This document shows positions 49,346 through 57,435 of a stretch of 64,000 nucleotides of DNA, one piece after another (within the stretch, counting starts at the first letter, position 1; every line of letters starts with the position of its first letter). This stretch comes from Candidatus Moraniibacteriota bacterium (GTDB taxonomy: Bacteria; Patescibacteriota; Minisyncoccia; Moranbacterales; UBA1568). Below the pieces are notes generated by a model. The model saw only the letters and a list, made by a program, of their open reading frames with translations. It was not told the DNA's origin and searched no databases. The translations under genes were made by a program, and so were the position numbers. The stretch is taken from NCBI GenBank assembly GCA_016699975.1, contig CP064994.1, positions 129,222 through 193,221 on the forward strand, given 5' to 3'.

Positions 49346-49840
49346 TTATCTCAAGTCTGTCTAAAGCGCGAATTTTCTTTTTGCGGTGCGTATTAGATGA
49401 TGGTTAGAACTTATTTTTAGATCACTGCTGAACGTTTCTCAATCCCCAACTTATAAATAAGATTTGCAAAAGTCAATATTTCGGTCGGAGGAAAGGAAGT
49501 GGAAGTACGCTTCCCGTACGTCATCGAGGAGTATGGTGACGACTAGGTGTAAGCAGTTCTTGCAGGTCTGCCAAAAAACCTGTTTCCTTCTCCCGATGAG
49601 ATCGGGATTGATGAGTCCAAAGTCTTTTTGGCAGGACGAAAAGGAATAGGTTAAAAAGTAGTATTCCGTTATGCGCTGAGTAAAAAAGACGGAATCAGAC
49701 AGAGTGAAAGCACGAAAGTACCTTGATCTAACTTGTGTGGAAAGAGGCACTAAATCTCTCTCCTCTAAACACCGCTTCTCGGTCTGTATCATTTCTGACA
49801 TTTGGCTCGTGGCTTAGGAGGAGTACTATTTGATCAACCT

Positions 49841-49870
49841 AAAACCGCCCTGACTTGGGCGGTTTTAATT
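49841..49870. terminator. Hairpin terminator between tRNA-Ser and the NUDIX gene
   Basis: AAAACCGCCC-TGACTT-GGGCGGTTTT followed by AATTTAATT. Confidence 0.6.
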
Positions 49871-49919
49871 TAATTGTATTCGAGGCTTTTGGGTTTCCCT
49901 CTGTACCAGAAGCCTGATG

Positions 49920-50006
49920 CGGAGAGAGAGGGATTCGAACCCTCGATCCCTGTTACGGGACACCCGCTTTCCAAGCGGGCGCACTCGGCCACTATGCGAC
50001 CTCTCC
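49920..50006 (-). tRNA. tRNA-Ser(GGA), class II
   Basis: Acceptor GGAGAGG/TCTCTCC with discriminator G, anticodon stem CCCGC/GCGGG, loop TTGGAAA, long variable arm TGTCCCGTAACAGGGATC, T-arm GAGGGTTCGAATCCCTC. Confidence 0.85.
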
Positions 50007-50136
50007 GATTTCTCTTTTGTGCAGTTTCTTCTTCGTTCAAGCCTTCGTTGTTTGGTGTGTCTGCTTTTCTGTTGTACAATGCGAGTATTCTTTTTGCAAG
50101 AAATTTTTCTCTCATCTCTTCGTTTTTCTTTTCTCT

Positions 50137-50673
50137 ATGGGCGTCGCCCTTACCAATTCATTCGTGAAGCCGGAAGATGTACTTGGCCAACTCTCGTTGT
50201 CTCTGGGTGCTTCCGTTGCCGACTTTGGGTGCGGATCGGGATTTTTTTCGCTCGCTTTTGCAAGAGCGGTCGGCACATCGGGAACCGTCTATGCGCTCGA
50301 CATTTTGCCTTCGTCACTTGAGGCGGTTGCGAGTCGAGCGAAGGCGCTCGGGCTTTCGAATTTGGTGGTGAAGCGTGCAAACCTTGAGCGAGAAAAAGGC
50401 TCGGGACTCCCGGACAATCACCTCGATTGGGTTCTCTTAAAAGACGTCCTTTTCCAGAATAAGAGCCAAGAAACACTTCTTTGGGAAGCCTATCGGGTGC
50501 TGAAGCCGGGAGGTTCTCTTTTTATTATGGAATGGAATGACCGGGAATTGTCTTTGGGGCCCGATCCGAATATTCGGATTTCTCGTGAGCGTCTTGTCGA
50601 ACTCCTTTCGGAACGGGGATTTCAGAATTTCACCGATATCGAGGCGGGAGATTTTCACTACGCGCTCGTGTAA
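50137..50673 (+). CDS. Class I SAM-dependent methyltransferase
   Basis: Motif I VADFGCGSGFFSLAFA; post-I acidic D in YALDIL; motif II/III LKPGGSLFI. Confidence 0.75.
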   Translation: MGVALTNSFVKPEDVLGQLSLSLGASVADFGCGSGFFSLAFARAVGTSGTVYALDILPSSLEAVASRAKALGLSNLVVKRANLEREKGSGLPDNHLDWVLLKDVLFQNKSQETLLWEAYRVLKPGGSLFIMEWNDRELSLGPDPNIRISRERLVELLSERGFQNFTDIEAGDFHYALV

Positions 50674-51123
50674 AAAGTGAGGAGTTTTACAAACCGAATG
50701 ATTTGAGGAAGGAGATGTTGGCGCAGTTTTTTTTCTTTCATTTTCAGGATTTTTTCGTGTAGAGGTGTCGCTGATTCTTTTGCGAGATTGGAGGAGATTG
50801 ACGGGCAAGGTTCTCTTCCGGGTCTTTTTCAGAGAGGAAATGGTTGTGACGGGCCCTCTGAACCTCCTTGCTTTCGTGAGTGTATCTTGAAAAAGAATTT
50901 CGAATTGCATTCGGGACGGAAGGGGGTTCTCACACTTTTGATTCGAGAAGCGGAGGTGGCGACCGGAATATCATTTTTGTGCGGGTTGAGAGCAGTGCCC
51001 CCCTCTTTTTTCTGGGAGTAAAATTTTGAAAAGGGTAATATTTGGTCGCCTCAATTCCGATACTTCGGTCACGCTGATGAGCACTGCAGAACTTTCTCTC
51101 ATCTCTTCTTTGAAGGTTTTCTT

Positions 51124-52505
51124 ATGAAAACGAAAACATGTTTCGCGAGGGCGGCTGCAGCCTTTCTTCTCGCGAGTTCGACGCTTCTTTTGTCTGGCTG
51201 TGGGCTCCGTACGTCGGACACGACCTACAAAATGAATTTGGAAATCTGGGGCGTTTTCGATGATTCCGATGCGTTCCAGCAAGTTATTGGGAAGTATAAG
51301 GAACTTAATCCGAATGTTGGGGAAGTTTCTTATCGAAAGTTTGCGGTTGATACGTATCGGCAAGACTTGATTGAAGCGCTCGCCGCCGGAAAGGGTCCAG
51401 ATATTTTCCTTGTGCGCAACTCTTGGACGCCGTCTTTTTCGGACAAAATCGTTCCTGCGCCGGAAGGTATGATGACGGAGCGAAACTATCGTGATACGTT
51501 CGTAGACACGGTTTCCGACGACTTCATTTCGAATGACAATAAGATACTCGGTGTTTCTTTGTCGGTCGATTCGCTCGCGCTCTACTATAATGAAGACCTT
51601 TTAAATGCTGCCGGTATCGCGACTCCTCCTAAAACATGGGACGAGTTTCAAGACGATATCCGCCTCCTGACACGCATCAATTCTTTCGGGGAAATTACGC
51701 AGGCGGGTGCCGCTCTTGGGACGGCGGAAAATATCAATCGCTCGACCGATATTTTAAGCGCCCTCTTTTTGCAAAATGGCGTCTTGGTGCCTCGAGGAAA
51801 TAGCAATGAACTGCACCTCAGTTCTGCGGCAGGTGTGAACGCCCTCTTCTATACACAATTTTCGAACCCCCAGGTCCTCTCTTTATACGTGGAACCCCTC
51901 TCTTCATTATTCGATTGACTCGTTTCCACGAGGGCACGACCGCAATGATGATTAATTATTCTTGGCACTACGATACGATTAAGCGAAAAAATTCGAAACT
52001 CAATTTCGGTGTGGCGCCGCTTCCTCAGTCAGTGGGAACGCAACCGTATAACTTTCCCGCATATTGGGGGTTTGTGGTGGCGAAGAACAAAACTGCTCCC
52101 GCGGGAACCAAAGATACGGCACTCTACGAAAGGGTACGGAGTTTTGAAGCGTGGCAATTTCTGAAGTATGCTGCTTTCCCAAACTCGGGGACGATTACAC
52201 TGCAGAATGCGCTCTCAGGAAATACGAAAAATTTTCAAACAAACTTTGATCCTGCAGCTGCTTACCTTACGAAAACTCGGCGTCCGGCAGCTCGGCGCGA
52301 CCTCGTCGAAAAGGAGCGGAATGATCCGGTGCTTGGTCCGTTTGCGGATGGGAATTTGCTTGCGCGAAACTGGCGGCAAGCCGATCCAGAAAGTATCGAA
52401 AAAATTCTCGGTGATATGATAACATCGGTAAACTTAGGTCGAGCGGATATATCGCAGGCGCTCGCGACAGCGGAGAGTCGCATTCAACAGCTTGGAAAAC
52501 GCTAA
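51124..52505 (+). CDS. ABC transporter extracellular solute-binding lipoprotein (sugar/oligosaccharide family 1 type), split by an apparent frameshift near 51905-51925
   Basis: Lipobox LLLSGCG after the signal peptide. The two adjacent ORFs (51124..51918 and 51915..52505) abut in different frames and together make a typical 450 aa SBP. Confidence 0.7.
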
Positions 52506-52539
52506 GATTTCATTCCTCTTCTCTTTTCTTCACTCTTCT

Positions 52540-54150
52540 CGTATGACGGTGATTCACACGATGGGACGATTTTTGTTCGCTGCGTTCTTTGGAGGAATTG
52601 CCTTGTTCCCAGTTATTTCGCGCGCCGCAGAGGTCAATTGCGAAGCGATTGGCGGAAGCTGTTCAACGAGTGTTTATTGTACGGATACGGCGCGATACGA
52701 GCCGCAATCAAAATCGGGAACGAGCTGTGAATCGAATACACTTGCAAAGCAATGTTGTATTCCAAAGGCGACTGCCGGATCATGTGACCCCTCCAAATGT
52801 CTCGCGAGCGCCAATTGCTCGGGAACGCTCGACTTTAACAAACACTGCTCGGGCGCCTCTTTTTGTTGCGGAGCTCCAAGCGCTGCCCAAGCCTGTACTG
52901 GCAAAGATGCAAGTGGAAATTCGCGTACAGGACAATGTTCGACATCCGCAACATGCGCGTCGGGAAACCCTCTTTCGGGCGCGTCGGGGTGTTCCGCAGG
53001 AATCGCGTGTTGCGGGTCTCTCTCTCCATCGCCCAGTGGGAGCTGCGAATCGACGGCGGGGCAAAAGTGTTCGTCTGACTGTACCAAAGAAAGCGGCTTT
53101 ACTGCGGGAGGCACCGGCAGCTGCTTTGATGCGGCGAAGAATCAATGTTGCAAACCGACGCAACCAACAGCGGGCAATTCCACAACAATGTGTTCCGGAT
53201 CGCAAAATTCCGGAATCGTGCCTTGTGGACGATCGTGCGACAATCCGGCGACACCGAACGATGAATCAAAAATTTGTACCCTCTGCCATCTTCTGTTGCT
53301 GGTACAAAATATCACCACATGGATTTTTACGGTGATGACGTATATCGCAATCGCCGTCATTGTAGCGATGGGTATTCTCTATATTGTTTCGGCGGGGAAG
53401 CCGGGACTTATCAATATTGCAAAAGGCGGCCTTTGGTCGACGCTTGTTGGATTTGCAGTGGTACTTCTTGGATGGGTCACCATCAATGTGATTTTGTTCG
53501 TTCTTGCAAATGGAACGCTCGGGCAAGATACGGCGACATTTTCGATCAAACAAAACGGAGCGTGGTTCGAATACCGTTGTGATGCGGAATCGAAATACAA
53601 ACGAACGGGACTGACGACTGGCGCCCCGGGATCTGCTCAGAATTCAGGAGGAGTGAATATTGGGGGAAGCAGCGGGGGAGGAGGAAATTGTTCCGTGGTC
53701 AACAATGCTTCATGCTTGTGCAGTCAAAATATGACCTGCTTTGGCTCTCAAAGTGCGCAAGAAGCGAGTAAAATTTGTAACTTTGAGAGTGGAGGGAAAG
53801 TTGATGCGGTGAGTGGTACGGATAAGTGTAAGGACGGAGCTTCTTTCTCGCATGGCATATGGCAAATAAATTTAGTAACTACAAAAGCGAGTAATGGGTT
53901 GCCGAGCGCCTGTGAAGGAGTATTTGTGGGTTCGATGGAATGTGTTCCGGGAGGCTATGTTACCAACTCGCAAGGAGTTCGGTATTGTGGAAAAAGGGAT
54001 TGCTCTGTGGCAAAGAAAGATCAGCTCGATGCATGTCTCAAAGCTATTCGAACTCCAGCTATAAACACAGCAGCCGCGTGCAGTCTCTATAAAGTTCAAG
54101 GATTTGATGCGTGGCCTCATACAAGAAGTACGTGCGGAGTTTCTAAGTGA
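52540..54150 (+). CDS. Pilin-array protein P1: signal peptide, about 240 aa of Cys-rich repeats, a two-helix VirB2/TrbC-like pilin module, a Gly-rich linker and a C-terminal lysozyme/SLT-like domain
   Basis: About 40 Cys in repeated CCxP…C units. Module …MTYIAIAVIVAMGILYIVSAGKPGLINIAKGGLWSTLVGFAVVLLGWV…. C-terminus …NFESGGKVDAVSG…GASFSHGIWQINL… resembles the ES…S…G…GLMQI pattern of lytic transglycosylases. The ORF opens at 52492; the start is chosen at MTVIHTMGRFLFAAFFGGIALFPVISRAAE. Confidence 0.6.
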   Translation, partial: RMTVIHTMGRFLFAAFFGGIALFPVISRAAEVNCEAIGGSCSTSVYCTDTARYEPQSKSGTSCESNTLAKQCCIPKATAGSCDPSKCLASANCSGTLDFNKHCSGASFCCGAPSAAQACTGKDASGNSRTGQCSTSATCASGNPLSGASGCSAGIACCGSLSPSPSGSCESTAGQKCSSDCTKESGFTAGGTGSCFDAAKNQCCKPTQPTAGNSTTMCSGSQNSGIVPCGRSCDNPATPNDESKICTLCHLLLLVQNITTWIFTVMTYIAIAVIVAMGILYIVSAGKPGLINIAKGGLWSTLVGFAVVLLGWVTINVILFVLANGTLGQDTATFSIKQNGAWFEYRCDAESKYKRTGLTTGAPGSAQNSGGVNIGGSSGGGGNCSVVNNASCLCSQNMTCFGSQSAQEASKICNFESGGKVDAVSGTDKCKDGASFSHGIWQINLVTTKASNGLPSACEGVFVGSMECVPGGYVTNSQGVRYCGKRDCSVAKKDQLDACLKAIRTPAINTAAACSLYKVQGFDAWPHTRSTCGVSK

Positions 54151-54701
54151 TTTTTTCGGTAATTTTTCATAGACTTATGAGAAAAGGATACATAATACTT
54201 CTTTTTTTGATCGGCACCCTCCTTGCTGGAGGAATAATTTTCTTCTTGAGATATAGAGGAAATACGGACTCTCTTCCTGTAATTGTTGAGAATAATCGTG
54301 TCACGGGGTATTTCAAAATTGAGGAATCGTCGTCGGCGCCACAAAAGAGGGTATCGATTCAGAATGAAAAAGGAGAGAAGGTGGTAGTAAACAATTTCTT
54401 ACCCGAAGCGAAGCCTCTTAATGAGGCAGGGGACTTAGCGCTTACTCCTGCTCCCGATGTCTATACTCTTCCTGACTACGATATTGCATTTTATGAGCAA
54501 GGGGCGGTATTTCGAATCAGTATCAATGTGGGACCGATCGATACCGTGCGCAAGACTGCAGAAAACGAATTTTTAAGGAAACTTGGTATCTCTCAAGAGG
54601 AAGCATACAAGCTGAACACGTATGTCGGTGTCTCAAAAGAAGTGGATGAAACGTATGCTGGCAGAAATATCGGGCTTAGTTTTTGCAATCCTTCAAGGTA
54701 A
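54147..54701 (+). CDS. Hypothetical membrane-anchored protein inside the pilin array
   Basis: N-terminal TM segment ILLFLIGTLLAGGIIFFL, then a soluble domain with no motifs. Confidence 0.45.
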   Translation: MIFSVIFHRLMRKGYIILLFLIGTLLAGGIIFFLRYRGNTDSLPVIVENNRVTGYFKIEESSSAPQKRVSIQNEKGEKVVVNNFLPEAKPLNEAGDLALTPAPDVYTLPDYDIAFYEQGAVFRISINVGPIDTVRKTAENEFLRKLGISQEEAYKLNTYVGVSKEVDETYAGRNIGLSFCNPSR

Positions 54702-54727
54702 AGCATACGAAGTAATAGCATATTAAT

Positions 54728-55027
54728 ATGATTGCTGCAGCTGCTGGAGTGATTGATGATGCGCCGACATTTGCGGAAGCGTTTCTTCGTCTCTTGCAAT
54801 TTTTGTTGGCGATATTCGGAATACTTGTTATAATTCTTCTCGTTATCGCAGGAGTTTTGTACATGACTTCTGGCGGAAGTGAGGCGCAGGCCACTCTTGC
54901 GAAGAAGGCGCTTTCCGGGGAATTCCCGGTTCTTGGGACTGGGGTCGTTCGTACTCGTTCGTGCGTTTGCCGCATTTTTCGCCGTCTGAGTCTTCCTCAT
55001 TCGAAAAGATCTTCTGAATATTTTTGA
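54728..55027 (+). CDS. Pilin-array protein P3, a short pilin-like hairpin protein with a probable frameshift (true stop at about 54989)
   Basis: …FLRLLQFLLAIFGILVIILLVIAGVLYMTSGGSEAQATLAKKAL. The second hydrophobic helix (…SRFLGLGSFVLVRAFAAFFAV*) appears only after a 1-bp shift in the GGGG run. Confidence 0.5.
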   Translation: MIAAAAGVIDDAPTFAEAFLRLLQFLLAIFGILVIILLVIAGVLYMTSGGSEAQATLAKKALSGEFPVLGTGVVRTRSCVCRIFRRLSLPHSKRSSEYF

Positions 55028-55284
55028 TGGAAATTTGGTGGATTCTCTGGAAATTTGTTTGTAAGAGAGGATGTGCAATCTTTATAAGAGATTTGAGAAA
55101 AACCGTAAGATATTTTTTGTTCTCTCATTGAGAAAGGGAAAAAGATTTGACAAGAAAGTACTCGAAAAGAAAGATGGGTGCCGTTTTCTTTCTTCTCACG
55201 GTGCTTTTTCGGATGTCTTCGACAAAAAATATTTCAGAGTTGTTAAGAGAGAAGTACGTACTTTGATAGAAAGGAGGTGGATAT

Positions 55285-55665
55285 ATGAAACAATCACTCA
55301 TATTGAAGCACGTGGGGGCACTCGCTGTTTCACTTCTCGTGTTTTCGGTGCCTTTGGTGGTATTCGGACAGTGGACCGCGGGGCAAAATAACGCTCAGAG
55401 TGGCGGAACGCCAGACTCTTCTATTTACGAGATTATTCGCACGACGATGAACTATCTCCTCGCGATTCTTGGCTTCATCGCGATTATTGCGTTTGTTATT
55501 GCGGGTATTCTCTACCTTACCGCGTTTGGAGATGAAAAACGTATTGGAACGGCAAAAAATGCAATGTTCTATTCGATAGTCGGCATTATCGTGGCGCTTA
55601 TCGGCTACGTTATCGTAAACGCGGTAGACTCGTGGCTTCGTGCCGGAGCGAACACGCAAATATAG
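55285..55665 (+). CDS. Pilin-array protein P4, the minimal form: signal peptide, a short polar N-region and the pilin module
   Basis: MKQSLILKHVGALAVSLLVFSVPLVVFGQ | …IYEIIRTTMNYLLAILGFIAIIAFVIAGILYLTAFGDEKRIGTAKNAMFYSIVGIIVALIGYVIVNAVDSWLR. Confidence 0.65.
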   Translation: MKQSLILKHVGALAVSLLVFSVPLVVFGQWTAGQNNAQSGGTPDSSIYEIIRTTMNYLLAILGFIAIIAFVIAGILYLTAFGDEKRIGTAKNAMFYSIVGIIVALIGYVIVNAVDSWLRAGANTQI

Positions 55666-55887
55666 GAATTCTTCGAAGGTTTCTTACGAAGCGCTTCTGA
55701 CTCTCATGTCGGAAGCGTTTTGGTTTTTATCTGAGAATTACAAAGAAGGAATGGGAAAAAACTTTTTGAGAATTTTTCCTCCGTACCGCTGAGAAGTGTT
55801 TGGGTGCTTTTGGGAAAAAGTTTCATTGTGTCTTCGCATTGGAAAAAGCGTTTCTTACAAAATGTCTTTTTGTGGTATACTTTCTGT

Positions 55888-56316
55888 ATGCTTTTCGTTC
55901 GCACCACTTTTTCTTTTTTGGTCCTCGTGTCACTCCTCTTTGTGCCGAGCAATTTTTCGGTTGCCCAAACAACAACGCCGACGCCGGGCACAATCGACAC
56001 AAGTACCGGATGGACAGGAGGATTCCAGGCGGTGAAAGACAATTCGGGATTGTCAGGGAAGGGTGTTGATGTGATTGTCTCGGGATTTATGATGTGGCTT
56101 CTCGTCATTGTTGGCTTTCTCTCGATTATCGCCTTTATTATTGCCGGCATCATGTACCTGACCGCAGCGGGAAATGACGGGCAGATCAAAAATGCAAAGC
56201 AAGCCATGTTCTATTCTATTGTCGGCGTTATCGTAGCGCTCGTCGGGTATGTGGTGATACAGGCAGTCGACTTTCTGTTGCGCGGGGCGGATTCAACTGG
56301 TTCAATAACTTTGTAA
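55888..56316 (+). CDS. Pilin-array protein P5: signal peptide, a Thr/Gly-rich N-domain and the pilin module
   Basis: MLFVRTTFSFLVLVSLLFVPSNFSVAQ | …MMWLLVIVGFLSIIAFIIAGIMYLTAAGNDGQIKNAKQAMFYSIVGVIVALVGYVVIQAVD…. Confidence 0.65.
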   Translation: MLFVRTTFSFLVLVSLLFVPSNFSVAQTTTPTPGTIDTSTGWTGGFQAVKDNSGLSGKGVDVIVSGFMMWLLVIVGFLSIIAFIIAGIMYLTAAGNDGQIKNAKQAMFYSIVGVIVALVGYVVIQAVDFLLRGADSTGSITL

Positions 56317-56345
56317 TTTTACCTTTAAATTTCTGAAGCTTTATT

Positions 56346-56666
56346 ATGGAGCCATTTTTTATAGAGGACAGTATAGAGGACAAGCCTTACATGCAGGGAG
56401 CGGCTACTTCGAATCTTCCCGATGCGGGAATTTACGAAATTGTTGCCGCCACTATGGATTGGCTTCTCGCGATTCTCGGTTTTATTGCAATTATCGGCTT
56501 TGTCATTGCCGGCATCATGTACCTGACCGCAGCGGGAAATGACGGGCAGATCAAAAATGCAAAGCAAGCCATGTTCTATTCTATTGTCGGCGTTATCGTA
56601 GCGCTCGTCGGGTATGTGGTGATACAGGCAGTCGACTTGTGGCTCAATGCGAGCTCCCAATTTTAG
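56346..56666 (+). CDS. Pilin-array protein P6. Its pilin module is 100% identical at DNA level over 139 bp to P5; the N-region differs and has no obvious signal peptide.
   Basis: …IYEIVAATMDWLLAILGFIAIIGFVIAGIMYLTAAGNDGQIKNAKQAMFYSIVGVIVALVGYVVIQAVDLWL. Confidence 0.6.
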   Translation: MEPFFIEDSIEDKPYMQGAATSNLPDAGIYEIVAATMDWLLAILGFIAIIGFVIAGIMYLTAAGNDGQIKNAKQAMFYSIVGVIVALVGYVVIQAVDLWLNASSQF

Positions 56667-56681
56667 AGGTCTTGGGTATCT

Positions 56682-57401
56682 ATGAAGAAATATCTTTTCG
56701 TTTTTCTTGTTTCTCTGTGTGCAGGCGCTTTTTTTTCTCCCGAAGCGCTCTTTGCGCAGAAGAAAGATCCCTGCGGTGCGGGGGGAGCGGGAACTTGTCA
56801 AACGCCCGTGAACGGATCGCAGTGTCCTCAGGGGAGTTACCTTGGCTGGAGCCCAAGCTGTTCCTCCCCGACTATTTGTTGCGCTTCTTCGGGAGGAACA
56901 GGAACGCAGGTGACGGGATGTCCGATGTTAAACCCGGCTCGTTGCCAGACCACGCCTTGCCCGGATAAAACTTTCAATAATGCTGCTTGCGCCTCGCAGT
57001 GCTCTGCCGGCACGTATTATTGTGAACCAGTTATCGATGTCACGGGATCCGTTACCACGGTGAAATGCGATCCGACAAAGTTTAAAGAATATGCGGGAGT
57101 TTGTTTTCCTCTCAAGGAGACAACAGGATTGTCAGAAACATCGGTTGCCGAGATTGTCGTCAATCTCATGCGCTGGATGCTCTTTCTGTTCGGGTTTCTC
57201 GCGATCATTGCATTTATTATTTCTGGTATTCAGTACCTCACGTCGGCTGGCAATATGAATACGATCGAAACGGCGAAGCGCAATATGAAGTATTCCATCA
57301 TCGGTGTTATCGTTGCTCTTGCGGGGCTTGTCATCATAGTGGCGATCGATGCACTCCTGCGCGGAACAGCTTGGGGAGGTGGCGGAGCGGTGACCTTTTA
57401 A
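56682..57401 (+). CDS. Pilin-array protein P7: signal peptide, a Cys-rich domain of about 130 aa and the pilin module
   Basis: MKKYLFVFLVSLCAGAFFSPEALFAQ | 17 Cys including CCASSGG…C. Module …MRWMLFLFGFLAIIAFIISGIQYLTSAGNMNTIETAKRNMKYSIIGVIVALAGLVIIVAIDALL. Confidence 0.65.
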   Translation: MKKYLFVFLVSLCAGAFFSPEALFAQKKDPCGAGGAGTCQTPVNGSQCPQGSYLGWSPSCSSPTICCASSGGTGTQVTGCPMLNPARCQTTPCPDKTFNNAACASQCSAGTYYCEPVIDVTGSVTTVKCDPTKFKEYAGVCFPLKETTGLSETSVAEIVVNLMRWMLFLFGFLAIIAFIISGIQYLTSAGNMNTIETAKRNMKYSIIGVIVALAGLVIIVAIDALLRGTAWGGGGAVTF

Positions 57402-57435
57402 CTTTTCGAACGACGGTCGTTATTTCATAATTTCT

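Noticed and set aside
52589-53335. 248-aa Arg-rich plus-strand ORF and several minus-strand ORFs (52674..53114, 52780..53205) inside P1
   Set aside because: These are alternative frames of the GC- and Cys-codon-rich repeat region of P1. The Arg/Ala-rich translation is a frame artefact.
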